Positions 37,379 to 49,775 of a stretch of 64,000 nt of DNA are shown here, one piece after another. The position numbers were made by a program, and so were the translations under genes. Source of the DNA: Takakia lepidozioides (Eukaryota > Plantae > Bryophyta); assembly GCA_030704615.1 (NCBI GenBank), contig CM060731.1:52266001-52330000 (forward strand). The letters run 5' to 3'. The notes beneath the pieces are model-generated. The model saw nothing but the letters and a program-made list of their open reading frames with translations. It did not search any database and was not told where the DNA came from. How positions within the stretch are numbered: position 1 is the first letter of the stretch; each line of letters begins with the position of its first letter.

Positions 37379-38865
37379 GTGTTTCGCGCCTTCACGCCTG
37401 GGATTCCAGGAAGAGTCTCCGTACCACCTCCACCAATCGAAGTCAATCAGGAAATTGAGTATGAAGTCGACGAAGTCCTAGACTCTCGCATTAAGTATAA
37501 ACGTCTTGAGTATTTCGTACATTGGAAAGGCTACGACATCAGCGAACGAACGTGGAAACCTTCATCCAACCTCGCCAATGCATCTGACAAAGTCCAAGAG
37601 TTTCATCAATTATATCCAGCTAAGCCCCGAGCTACACGTCAATAAGACGTCACAACGATGATGTCAGCCAAGTTAGCTTCAAGGTGAAGACTCCACATTC
37701 AATGTACCTGATACACGCTAAGTAGGGAGGAGCACCATACATCAGTATATATAGCTACACTTCCAGCACTTCCAGCACTCTTGCATCTTGTATTGGCAGT
37801 ATGGAGTCACAGGAACCAGATACATTGGAGTTGTCGCTTACTCAGCTACCAGATCAGCCGTTCCGACTCGCACGACCTTCAACATCACGCCAACGCTCTC
37901 GAGACGATGGGCCACCAATGCGACGTGTACTTCCTCGTCTGGACCCCGTACGACGGCAAGTGGAGCCTACTCGAAGTCTGATAATTCTGTTGGAGGTTGA
38001 GACTTCGGACCTAGAGGGCAACGAAATCATGTTTGAAGGCAGCTTCGAAAATCAGAATGCTCAAATCACTGCGTGGTCCCAAGTTCAAGGTGTTGGACAC
38101 TATCGATGGTTGTAGGGACCTATAAATCATTTGAGTCAAGAACGAAGAGCCGAATACTTAGCAAGTACCATTCGCCGGATTTTGGATTTTCTCCAACTCT
38201 AAGCAAGTCCAAGATTTTACCGCTCCTCGAGGAACTCGACGCTAGAGGAGGGGGTGATGTCACGGACATAGCCCAGAGGAACTTATCAGGAGTAAATATC
38301 AGAAGTTACTAAGTTACCATATTATCGAAAGTTACCATGATTTATCATTACTTACAAAGTTACCAGGAGTTTACCAAATTACCAAGAGTAACTTGGGAAA
38401 CTGCTCAGGAAGCTTCTTTTGGATGAAACTTCTCCATCAAGATACCTCATTTGTTTAAGGAAGCTTCTCCATCAAGAAACCTTTGTTTAATCTTGAAAAC
38501 TTCTCCAGCAATAAACCTCCATAGGGGAAGCTTTTTAGTAGTCAGTATATATAGGAGGCAAGACTGGACACTCTTCAGTCTCGCCAACACAAGTTCAAGC
38601 TACTCTTGTTCCCAGTCCCAGTACTCCAATCCAGCTTCCAGTACTCTAGTCCAGTTTCCAGTATCTGGTACCCCAGTCCAGTTTCCAGCATTCCAGTATT
38701 CGAGTCGAGTTCCAGTATCTTGTACTCTTGTCCATTGTTATAAAGATCATCTTGATTCATGTTTATCCACCAAGTATTCGCCCAAGCCGACCTTGACTTC
38801 TTGTCTAGTCTTGTACCTCTAGTCTGATCTCTTGTTTGTGTTCAGTCATGTTATCGTCCTTGACA
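37379..38865 (+). mobile_element. 3' end of a chromovirus (Tcn1-like): integrase chromodomain, PPT and 3' LTR (38258-38865)
   Basis: PPPPIEV...EYEVDEVLDSR...LEYFVHWKGY...RTWKP; PPT AGAGGAGGGGG; LTR TGTCA...TGACA. Confidence 0.85.
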
Positions 38866-41800
38866 GCTGCTGACAAGAATGCAAACTCTCAAGCTGAAGA
38901 ATCTATTGATCAGGGAGGGGTAGAAAAGGATAAGGTCGCTCAGGAGCCAGCTCTTGATGTGGAAAAGCTTTGTGAGGCCATGGGTGTCATATCCAACTGT
39001 CCACCTTGAATGAAAATGCTGATCAATCAAGGTGCACTTGTGGTGTCGGATAGCAAGTCAGTGGGTTCTATTGAAAGAATGCACAAGCAAGCTTAATTTG
39101 GGTGAGGACTTTGAATCTTTTCTGGAGTTTTTTGACATCAGTAGATAAATCAATTCAGTCCCACAGAAATTTATTGTGAAGATCTTTCGCATGTGTCTGA
39201 AAGAGGAAGCTAGAAAGATTTTTGAGTCCAGCATCAAAGGCAAAACTGATCTGACTTGGGCTGAGGCCCGACAATTGGCAGATAGGTTGTTTCGGGAAGT
39301 CAAGCCCATTGCCTATACTGTCCCTGAGCTAACCTTTTCCCCTGGTGACAGTATCTAGAAGTATTACTTGATCTTCGTACAACAGTCTGTAAGACAGTGG
39401 AAGAGCCGGCTGAACGTTCAGCCATACTGAAGCATTGTTTCATCAAGGGTTTACCCCCAGCTGAAAGGGCATGAAGACGAGATGGTAGGCTTAGTGGAAG
39501 AGCGACTTAGGTTGAAGGCTGCCAAGGCTGGCATGAGCTCCTCCCCTCATAACGGTGAGGGAAATCCCTATAAGGTAAGCCTGGCCCCAGTCTCTCTTGC
39601 TGCTGGTACCTCTATGGCAAATTTTGCTAAGCTCAAGTTGCAAGCTGAAGCCATGAGGGAGCAAGTAGGGTCAACTTACAACTGGTCTCGATTCACTCAG
39701 GCATCCATGGACTGCTTACACCAATGGCACTTCCCTTCTCCAGGCAAGAAATGCACTGCTCCCTTACATATTCCCCAAAATACGGTTTTGTTGAGGACCC
39801 CCACTAATTTTGTGATCCTTGTTTTTTCCCAATGCATTGTCCCCATGGGTCTAGCATTTCTATGTCCCCAAGGCCATTTCTTAGAAATTGAGGGTTGGCA
39901 AAAATTAACATTGCAGAAACATTGCCTCATTGTTGCTGGGGTCCTTGATCGTGGCTTCAAAGGTGAAACCCGGCTCCTCATTGCCAACCCTGAACGCATT
40001 GCTGTGTCCATATGAAAAGGGCAAGTGCTGGCACGTCTGAGTGTTGTATCCCTCTCCGAGCTCACATCGGTCTAGGCTGCTCTCATTCTGCATGATATCG
40101 GACTCATAGATTCACCCGTGGATCAGCTCCAAAGTTTTGCTGCTCACAAAGATTCAGTGATCCATTCCCACCTTACGGCTGACCAGGAGGCTCATTTTCA
40201 AAAGGTGCTCCAAGACATCAAAGTGGGTGAGCATCTGACCCCAGCTCAGGCACTTCAGTTTCGTGCCTTCATTCGCAATAACTTAGATATTTTTAGCCGA
40301 GGCCCTCATGATCTTGGCAGGACTGATATTCTACATCATGATATTGTTACTGATGGATAACCTGTTAAACAACATGCATATCGAAAAAGTGTTTAAGAAC
40401 GCAAGGTTATCCAAGAGGAAATCCATCGTATGTTGGACGCAGGGGTGATCACTCCCTCTATTTCTCCATGGGCCAGTCCTATCGTGTTGGTTGGTAAGAA
40501 AGATGGAACCACCAGATTCTACGTTGACTTTCGCAGGCTAAATGCCATTACTAAATGTAACGTCTACCCTCTTCCTCGCATTAACGAGACACTTGATCAG
40601 CTCAATGGTGCTACTATATTCTCTTCTCTTGATTTCGTAGTAGGATTTTGGCAAGTACCTCTCACTCCAGCTGCTACTGAAAATACTGCTTTTACGTGTA
40701 GGATGGACATGTATCAGTTTGAAACCATGCCTTTTGGGCTTTGCAATGCCACAGCCACGTTTCAACGATTAATGGATGTGGTCTTTGGAAACCAACGCTG
40801 GGAGTGTGCTCTTGTCTATATAGATGATATCAATGTTTACTCTACTACCTTTGAGGCTCATCTGTTCGACTTGCAAAGGATAGTGTGTAGACTCCGTGCA
40901 GCTGGACTTAAGGTCAAAGCAAAGAAATGCGACTTTTGCATGGAGCAGCTGCATTTTCTTGGCCATCTCCTTTCTGCTACGGGCATCAGCCCAGATCCCA
41001 GCAAAATTCGGGCTGTGTGGGAGTACCCTACCCCCAAGGGCAAACATTGTGTCATTAAAGCTTTTATTGGATTAGGCTCTTACTACCGCCGCTTCATCTT
41101 TCAATTTGCAAAGATTGCTACACCTCTTACTAGACTCTTGTCCAAGGATGTTTGCTTTGTGTGGGGCCTGGCTGAACGCTCCGCCTTTGACAAACTCAAA
41201 ATTGCCTTGACATCTGCCCCTGTTCTTGCTTACCCTGATTTTACCTTGCCCTTTTTGTTGCAGATTGATGCCCGTGACTTGGCTATCTCTGTAGTGCTTA
41301 GCCAGGTTCAGGATGGGAAGGAGCATGCCGTGGCCTATGCCTCTAGGCGCTTGGACAAACATGAACGCAACTATTCCATCACAGATAAGGAAGGACTGGC
41401 AGTAATTTTTGGTGTCAAATATTTTCGCCAATATCTTCAAGGTTGCCCATTTGTTGTAGAAACTGATCATCTTCCCTTAAAAGCCTTGCTCACTCCTAGA
41501 GAATTGACAGGGCGGTTGGCCGGGTGGGCTCTTATCCTTCATGCATATGACTTCAAGATTACCTATAAACGAGGCTCCCTCATCTCCTCGTGTTGTTGCA
41601 GACTCACATTTTGATCCTATTGTTTTATGTCATTTGCTTGATCATCCCTCTGTACCTATAGACCTGTTTGACAGCTGGGATCTTCTACAGTTTGATGTTC
41701 ATTAGATTTCCTGCTGGTACTGGCATGCATTTCCGTGTGGCAGACGCACTATTGGGTTTCGTTATGTCTCTTACATAAGCCGGGTTCGTTCTTATCCTGC

Positions 41801-43311
41801 ATCTTACATGATTTTGTTCCTGACCAAGGGACTGAGCTGTTTTTAAGGCCTGCTCACACCTTCATAGGCAGCCTCTGAAAGTATGACATGATAAATGAAA
41901 GGAAGAATACGGGGGCGGCCACTTTCTCTTTCATCTGCTCTAACCGCTGTTGTATGGCCATGAAGGTTGTAGCATGGGTGACCCACTTTACGAAGCTCTT
42001 CTCCATATGTGCAAAGCCAACATCCACGTAAGTGGCATATCCAAGCTACTTATGAGGCAAGTTAACTATCACTTATCTACCCACCGGGAGAGTGAAATAC
42101 GTTTGTTCAAAGTTAATGCTTTGGAAGGCCAATCTGCTGTGGAAGTCCCTCCTAGGTCCGCTATTCCTGCCTTGCTTGAGCTTTACCATGCTTCTACTTA
42201 TGCTGGTCATTTGGGGTTTACCAATACAGTCAAACGTTTACAATAACAGTATCATTGGAAAGGGTTGGTGAAGGATGTTTCAGCCTTCATTGCTAGATAT
42301 GTTCTCTGTCATGCTAAGACCATACTGTCTAGAACCGAAGCTCCATTACCTTTACAGCCTATCCCTATCATGGAACCTTTTGCAAGGGTGGGCTTTGATT
42401 TAGTTGGACCACTCAAACCTACGTCCAAAGGCCATGCATACCTTGCTGTAGCCACGGATTACATGACGAAATGGGTTGAGCTCTAACCATTGGTTGCTAA
42501 GGACAGTGATGAAGTGGTTCAATTATTCTTTGACAAGGTGATCCTCCACCACGGATGTCCCATTGTGATCCTCACGGATCAAGGTACAGAGTTTTGTAAC
42601 CAGCTCATGGATATTGTCTTGTTTAACTTGAATACTAGTCATGCGGTGATTGCCCCTTATAACCCCCAATGCAATGGCTTGACGGAGCGTTTTAATAAGA
42701 CCATGTGTCATATGTTAGAGAAGAATGGGACTTTGATTGAGGAGTGGGACATGGTTGTTCCAATTCTGTTGTTTGTTTATCGCACTTCTATTCATGCTAG
42801 TACTAAGCTTTCCCCTTTTGAGTTGTTGTATGGCAGGAAGTGTCGTACCCATTTGCATATTTCGTGGTTGCAGGTGGACACAGAACCTAAAAACAGGGAG
42901 CAATTTTTGCTTACTATGGATGCTAAGCGCAGGCAGCTTCGTGAAACTGCCAAATCCAATATACAGTTTGCACAGGCAGCCCAGGCTAAGTATTATAACC
43001 GTAAGATCGTATACTCTGAGTCCTTTAGAATAAAACAGTCTGTTTGTGTCCGGTTACAACCAGGGAAGCAGGTCTCTAAAGCTAAGCGGCGCATCGATGG
43101 CCATTACCTTATCACGGAAATCCTTCCAAGGAGGCAGTATGTGCTTCTTCCCCAGCACTCTTCTACTCCTAATCTGGCTAGTTCCATTCATCTATCTATA
43201 TTAGTTTCTTGCACTCTAACGTTTGACTTGACATGTTTGAATATGGAGAATCGGCAGGTGATTTATACTCCTACTAGGGCTGCTCACTCCCGCCTGCAAT
43301 CTGTTTCAACT
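38866..43311 (+). mobile_element. degenerate Ty3/gypsy internal region: gag remnant, dUTPase-like domain, RT, RNase H, integrase
   Basis: RT SPWASPIVLV, VDFRRLN, YIDD; RNase H NYSITDKEGLA; integrase GHLG, GFDLVGP, TDQGTEF, NGLTERFN; many stops; cut at 43312. Confidence 0.9.
39770..40050 (+). pseudogene. dUTPase-like domain of the retrotransposon
   Basis: LRTPTNFVI...IVPMGLAF.CPQGHFLEIEG...VAGVLDRGFKGE.RLLIAN...VSI*KGQVLARL follows the spacing of dUTPase motifs 1-4. Confidence 0.65.
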
Positions 43312-44620
43312 GGGGGTTGCTACACCGTGAGCCTGTGAGCCCAGGAGCCCGTGAGCCCAGCATAGGCTCACGCCACGTCATCTATGAATTCCGAACTTAC
43401 ATGGCGTATTGCCGCGGGAGGCGCCTATTGCCGCAGATTGACTTACCCTTTTCAGTCATTGCAGATAACGTCTTTTACATCCATCCCATCCCCGACCCTC
43501 GTGTCATAAACAACGATTTGATTAGTGTTCAATTGCCGAAGTGAGAGAGAATGAGGGTGCTGGTTACATGAAGCTTTCTTACCAGTCCAAACGTAGTAGC
43601 AGCTTACAATGCAGATCCCCAAACCCAAAAGTTAGCGGAGTAGAGTTGAGGCTTGGACACGTGAAAATCGCCCACATGGAATAATGTAATTTAGATGTGG
43701 TATACATACTAAGTCCTTGCATATTTGGAAATGGATGAATGTCCTTGTATTTGAATGAAACATTTTGCGGGATGATCGGGATGAAATCAATGTATGCGGT
43801 TTGATTTGACACAAGCGAATGCACTTTTGGCCGCAGATGCCTGAAAAGTAGTTTGTGGCACCCACACATGTTCTGTTTTTTTTGTTCCCATGAAAATGCC
43901 CTCAAAGTAGTGTGCGGCACCGCATACTCTTTTCGGGGCATCTGCGGTGCACGTTTTCTCTGCAGCTGCCCACCCCACACACGTTTTTTTTTTTTTTTTT
44001 TTTTTTTTTTCCTCCGTTCCCACGCAGATGCCCTGAAAACAGTGTGCAGTGCCGCACATTGTTTTCATGGCATCTGCGGAGCACATTTTCTCTGCAGATG
44101 CCCATCCCACACAAGGTTTTTTTTTTTTCGTTTTTTCGTTTTTTCGTTCCCTCGCAGATGCTCGGAAAACAGTGTGCGGCACCGTACACTGTTTCCAGGG
44201 CTTCTGCGGAGCACGTTTTCTGTGCAAATGGCCATCCCACATGAGTTTTTTTTTCCTTTTCCTTTTCCTTTTTTTGTTCCCTCGCAGCTGCCGGGAAAAC
44301 AGTGTGCGGCACCGCACACTCTTTTCGGGGCATCTGCGGAGCACGTTTTCTCTGCATATGCCCATCTCCTATGTGTAGGCCCAAGTATGACCTCCGGGGT
44401 AGCCTGTGCCGTTGGCCCAAGTGTCCAATGTCACCTAAGTCATCCAAGTCCAATCTTTCCACGGAATCTACGACCTGATTTGAACCGGAGAACTTTTCCT
44501 TGATATCTCTCCAAAGTACTTGAAATTCCAAATCTCCCACATGACGCACTTGAATGATAGGAGATTGTACTTGGGCTTACATGACCTTGGACACTTGGGC
44601 CAGTGGCACCGACTACCCTA
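43312..44620 (+). mobile_element. non-coding relative of the ParB-MTase element: terminus plus ~4-5 palindromic units (43830-44345)
   Basis: GGGGGTTGCTACACCGTGAGCC...GGCTCACGCCACGTCA; units GCAGATGCCCTGAAAACAGTGTGC...GCACA(C/T)TGTTTTCA.GGCATCTGC separated by T-runs; right end uncertain. Confidence 0.65.
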
Positions 44621-46026
44621 GTAGTAAGTTAAGACGCATGGGTAGAGAACCAGGCTCTCTTTATATACCCTCTTAGGGCGGTGGGACCTTTTAGAAGCCC
44701 ATGGACCCCTCAGCGGTGGGACCCTTCTAGAAGATTGCCCTGGACACGTGTCACCCTTAAGTGACACTTGCTTCCCCCATGGAGCGTGAACCATCCCCTA
44801 TTTAATAGGTCTCACCTTCCTATCTTTTTTTTTTACCCCCTTACATGGCAATTAATAATTCAATTCCTGGTGTAGCATACTATAACCCCTGCTTTTTAAT
44901 TCCTGGACCACCCTCTAATTTTCACACCAGCTGCAAACCTGGGGCCCTTATCCCTTATTCCCTATATGCTTACTTTATCCCAAAACTTGCATGTGAGGAA
45001 ACAAAAATCCCAACCCTTTGTGCAACAATTGAGCATCTCACCAGAGCTCGCTACAAATCCTCTGTGCCCTCACAGCCAAAGGAGGAGCAGTAAGTATATG
45101 TTCCTCTCATTATTCACATAAATTATCCCTTAGTTGGGTGTAACTTTATTGATATTAATTGAACCAACATGACGGACCAAAAGATTCATTTTTTGGGATG
45201 TTGGACGGCTACTGGAAGCAAGAGGAAAAGACCTCACTTTTCTTGAAAGGGATTTCAGGAGAGTTTTTTGGCTTGTTTGACATTGGCAGCTCAAGTAGTA
45301 ACTGAGAACACTGGGAGTCACACCAGCGATAGAGACCTGCGCCGGTGGACACTTGCATGAAACTATGCATAGTTGTTTCATACATGCTCCCAAATCTGGT
45401 CTCCAACTGTAGCAATTGTGTTCTGAAGAGGGTGGCCTCTGTCCCCCAATCTTGAACTCCAACATGCACAAACCGATGTTATAGTGTGAGGGAGTCAAGC
45501 GGCATCGATCAATAACAACATAATATATGAACTTTCAAGCAGCCACCATGGGATTGGATCTTGGTGGGTTAAGGATAGCTTTTGACAATATTCATGCAAG
45601 TTCGTGAAGGGCTCCATCCAAAGCCACGCCACAAGAAACAAACAAACATGTGCACATTTAAGATGCTGAACAAACTTGTGCACAGGGCTGCCCCTCTAAT
45701 CAAGCTCATCAAAATTCGTATTCACTTCCATCTTCAAGCTTTGGAGAAGCTCCACCACCCAAACCCAGAATTAGGACAGCACTCTGATTTCCATCCACTG
45801 TCACCAAAGTCAGTCCAATATCACCCTTTCAGTCAAGTGCAATTATGGGCTGACTTCCCACCTATGCCGGGTAGACCCCCACTATCATTTCCCGTGGATA
45901 TGCCACAGGAAATGCACTTAACAGTACATCATGGTCAATACTCTCAGGAAATGGTGGATGATCTGAGTAGCTACACAGATCAATGAATGAAGCAAGACAC
46001 TCGCATCTTTCCAAGAAAACATCCTT

Positions 46027-48681
46027 TCACCAGTAATCCCCACAAGAACAAATCCCATCTTCAAAGTGGTGAAAGCGGTTAGCGTCCCGTACAACAATTG
46101 CTCGGTCAACAATCTTTGAAATGAATTTGGTGGAGGTGTGGCAGTCACCACACACTCGAAGATTCTTGATGAGACGGAGAGGCGTCCTAGGGGTCGTGCT
46201 GATCAGCCCAAAACCAATGGCCAGCTTCTCACTGTGGTGGCAAAGAGAAATTTCCTTTTCCTCCTCCCCCACATCATGCAATACAAAGCGCGTGTCAGGC
46301 ACATACCCCGCCGCCTTCATCTGCCCAGACAATCTTCTCAGCTCAGCATGGATTTCCTTAATTCTGGGATGCAACTTGTCAGCTACAACGAAGGTGTGCA
46401 CCCTGTTGCCAACCTCAATGCAGCAGCGACCTGGCTCCTTTCTAACCCCTTTGACCTTCATCATTCTTCTCACCTTTGCAGTATCATCCCACCTGCCAGC
46501 TGCAGCATAGATGTTTGAGAGCAACACATAAGTCGCGGCATCCTGTTCATCCCACATGAGGATAGATGTTGCTGCACGTTCAGCCATCTCCACATTGCCA
46601 TGGATTCTGCAGGCACCAAGCAAGGCCTTCCACACCACAGCACCTGGATTGATGGGCATTTTATTAATCAGGTCCACTGCCTCATCCAGTTGTCCCGCAC
46701 GTCCAAGAAGGTCCACCATGCAGCCAAAGTGCTTTACTGTCGGAGTGACACCATGATCTTGACTCATGGAATCAAAGTAGCGTCTGCCTTCATTCAGTAG
46801 GCCAGCGTGGCTGCATGCAGAGAGAACACATATAAAGGTGATACTGTCCGGCTTCAAGCCGTTCTTTTGCATTCCTTCAAATAGTTGCACGACCTCCCTA
46901 TGACAACCATGCTGTGCATATCCTGCAATCATCGCGCTCCACGAGACAACATTCCGTTCGGCCATATTGTCGAACACTCCCTTTGCATCCTCGATGCACC
47001 CACATTTGGCATACATGTCCACCAGGGCAGTGTTCAGGATCACATCTGGTACAATTCCAGCTCTGACGATGTCGCCATGCACCTCTTTGCCCTTTTCCAG
47101 GGCTGCCAGGCTTGCACACGCACTGCAAACGCACACAAACGTGATGTGGTCGGGCTTCACCCCTTCCCCCCTCATTTGCTCATACGTCTCCAAAGCCTCC
47201 ACCCCGCGCCCCTGCTGTGCACACCCTGCGATTATCGCGTTCCACGACACCACATTTCGTTCAGCCATGTTGTCGAACACTCCCTTTGCATCCTTGATGC
47301 TCCCACATTTGGCATACATGTCCACCAGGGTATTGTTCAAGATCACATCTGGTACAATTCCAGCTCTGACGATGCAACCATGCACCTCTTTGCCCTTTTC
47401 CAGGGTTGCCAGGCTTGCACACGCACTGCAAACACACACAAACGTGATGCGTTCGGCCTTCACCCCCTCCGCCATCATTTGCTCATACGTCTCCAAAGCC
47501 TCCATCCCGCGCCCCTGCTGTGCATACCCTGCAAGCATTGCGTTCCACGACGCCACATCTCGTTCAGCCATATTGTCGAACACTCCCTTTGCATCCTCGA
47601 TGCTCCCACATTTGGCATACATGTCCACCAGGGCAGTGTTCAGGATGACATTTGGTACAATTCCAGCTCTGACGATGTCGCCATGCACCTCTTTGCCCTT
47701 TTCCAGGGCTGCCAGGCTTGCACACGCACTGCAAACGCACACAAACGTGATGTGGTCGGGTTTCACCCCTTCCCCCATCATTTGCTCATATGTCTCCAAA
47801 GCCTCCATCCCGCGCCCCTGCTGTGCATACCCTGCAAGCATCGCACTCCATGACACCACATTTCGTTCAGCCATATTGTTGAACACTCCCTTTGCATCCT
47901 CGATGCTCCCACATTTGGCATACATGTCCACCAGGGCAGTGTTCAGGATCACATCTGGTACAATTCCAGCTCTGACGATGTCGCCATGCACCTCTTTGCC
48001 CTTTTCCAGGGCTGCCAGGCTTGCACACGCACTGCAAACGCACACAAACGTGATGTGGTTGGGCTTCACCCCTTCCCCCATCATTTGCTCATATGTCTCC
48101 AAAGCATTCCTACCACACCCATGCTTGGTAAATCCTGCCAACATTATATTCCATGTGATCAAGGATCGTTGAGGCATTCTGTTGAACACTTGGTGAGCAT
48201 CCATGATGCTCCCACACTTAACATACATGTTGACAAGGGTGTTGAGGAGAAAAACATTTGGCGTGAATCCACTTTGGATAATGTGAGTGTGCACCTGCTT
48301 TCCAGCTTCCAGGCCTTTCACCTTGATGCACTTATGCAAGAGACAGACATACGTTTCTGAATCTGCTGAAATGCCTCCTTCGTTTAAAGCCTGTAGAGCC
48401 TCTTTCAGTCTGCCTGCCTCACAAAGAATCTTCACATGCCCAGAAGTGCCAGAACAGGCATTGTGGACTCCCTCTCTTGATCCTCTTCCAGAAGCTGTGG
48501 TCATGGTTGAGGTGCCTGATTTTATCAACTGTGCCACTGCAGCTGCTGCCTTTAGTTGACCATCTACCCATGCAGGTTTCTTGTAGCTATTGATCCACAG
48601 GGAACCATAGGTAATCTTGTGCTTGAAATCTGGCCCTCTTGGATGAATCTGTATCCGTGTGTTGGGCAGAGGGAAAGTCAT
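46027..48681 (-). CDS. PLS-class PPR protein with E/E+ and DYW deaminase domain (organellar C-to-U editing factor); begins with the C-terminal half of a PDF motif; true 5' exon probably upstream (acceptor at 48649)
   Basis: 884-aa ORF with PLS triplets (LVDMYAKCG, VVSWNAM, PDHITF), HHSEKLA, KNLRVCGDCH and a terminal CSCGDYW. Confidence 0.97.
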   Translation of the reverse strand: MTFPLPNTRIQIHPRGPDFKHKITYGSLWINSYKKPAWVDGQLKAAAAVAQLIKSGTSTMTTASGRGSREGVHNACSGTSGHVKILCEAGRLKEALQALNEGGISADSETYVCLLHKCIKVKGLEAGKQVHTHIIQSGFTPNVFLLNTLVNMYVKCGSIMDAHQVFNRMPQRSLITWNIMLAGFTKHGCGRNALETYEQMMGEGVKPNHITFVCVCSACASLAALEKGKEVHGDIVRAGIVPDVILNTALVDMYAKCGSIEDAKGVFNNMAERNVVSWSAMLAGYAQQGRGMEALETYEQMMGEGVKPDHITFVCVCSACASLAALEKGKEVHGDIVRAGIVPNVILNTALVDMYAKCGSIEDAKGVFDNMAERDVASWNAMLAGYAQQGRGMEALETYEQMMAEGVKAERITFVCVCSACASLATLEKGKEVHGCIVRAGIVPDVILNNTLVDMYAKCGSIKDAKGVFDNMAERNVVSWNAIIAGCAQQGRGVEALETYEQMRGEGVKPDHITFVCVCSACASLAALEKGKEVHGDIVRAGIVPDVILNTALVDMYAKCGCIEDAKGVFDNMAERNVVSWSAMIAGYAQHGCHREVVQLFEGMQKNGLKPDSITFICVLSACSHAGLLNEGRRYFDSMSQDHGVTPTVKHFGCMVDLLGRAGQLDEAVDLINKMPINPGAVVWKALLGACRIHGNVEMAERAATSILMWDEQDAATYVLLSNIYAAAGRWDDTAKVRRMMKVKGVRKEPGRCCIEVGNRVHTFVVADKLHPRIKEIHAELRRLSGQMKAAGYVPDTRFVLHDVGEEEKEISLCHHSEKLAIGFGLISTTPRTPLRLIKNLRVCGDCHTSTKFISKIVDRAIVVRDANRFHHFEDGICSCGDYW

Positions 48682-49381
48682 GGGATCCTGAGGTCAAGGC
48701 TGCCAGGAGGCCATGCACCGTTCTCCACAAAGGTGTGAAACTGCCCATGTCTGGTTCATGTGTGTAAAGGCCCCTGATATCGAGGGATCATCCTTAGGCA
48801 CTTCCAGCCCTGTAGAATGGGGGCCCATAAGGTGATAGTGGGCAACATGAAGATAGTGACTCTGACAGGCTTTCTCATGTTGGACAGGGGGCAAGCCATG
48901 GAATCCTGAGGCCAAGGTTGCAAAGAGAGCCCTCAGTGCTTGCCATAAAGCTGGGGAGTTGCCCACATCTGGTTCAGGCCTGAAGACTGATAACAGGTCC
49001 TCTGAAATTGAAGGTATCACTACGGAGCTAGTGGAGTTGAGGGGCAGAGGTGATATTGCTGGGGTTTTCCTGTAGGTTGACCAGCAAGTAAGCCAATCTC
49101 TTCTTTGGCCTGATCCCAGAGTCTTCTCATGCAGATGCATGTTCACCCCCACTTCATGACTGTGGCTGTCCACTTTCTAAGAACTTCATGCCAGTTTGTA
49201 GGGTTCAAACCTGATCAACTGCCAAGATGAAGCCTCCATGTTTACCACCCAAATGGCTTCTTGCGGAGAAGGGTGCTGTCAGTTTGGCTCCCATACACCT
49301 AGGTGTGAACTTCAGTCTGGAGGAACAGCCCAATGGCAATGCCGGTTGCAGCTTGAGTGTTGACTTGAAGGACTGGCATTT

Positions 49382-49775
49382 ATGGTCTCCAAAGTGAGAA
49401 AGGAAACCTTATCGTGCAGTTGGTTGTGCGCATGGAAGCAGGTGAGGACACAAAATGGGAGCTCTGATTTCTGTGACCACCGAGGCATGCAGGTGGTTTT
49501 TTTTGGGCACCTCATCGTCCATGCCAACCTTGAGCCGCAACACCTCCTGCATTGCGCTGCGTCTTGGTATGTGCGCTTCTTGTTTGTGTCGTGGCAGCAA
49601 AATGTTTATTTGTTGGGTGAATGGCAAAGGATAATCTTGGATTTTGTTGATTTGTTCAGACGGCACAATCTATCTTTTTGATTGTGGGGAAGGTGTGCAA
49701 CGACAGCTGCATAGAACCCCCTTTCGCCAGCGCAACATCGACAGCATCTTCATTACTCATATGCATGGTGACCAT
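49382..49775 (+). CDS. 5' exons of ribonuclease Z (metallo-beta-lactamase fold); 1-nt frameshift in a T8 run; later exons not found
   Basis: MQVVF(L)[20 protein letters not shown]| then |[17 protein letters not shown]...[10 protein letters not shown]|GT. Confidence 0.8.

Noticed and set aside
45130-45990. LINE endonuclease relic on the minus strand
   Set aside because: Only faint, broken motif resemblance; not supportable without a search.
46885-48172. Long plus-strand ORFs (322 and 401 aa)
   Set aside because: Antisense shadows of the repetitive PPR gene.
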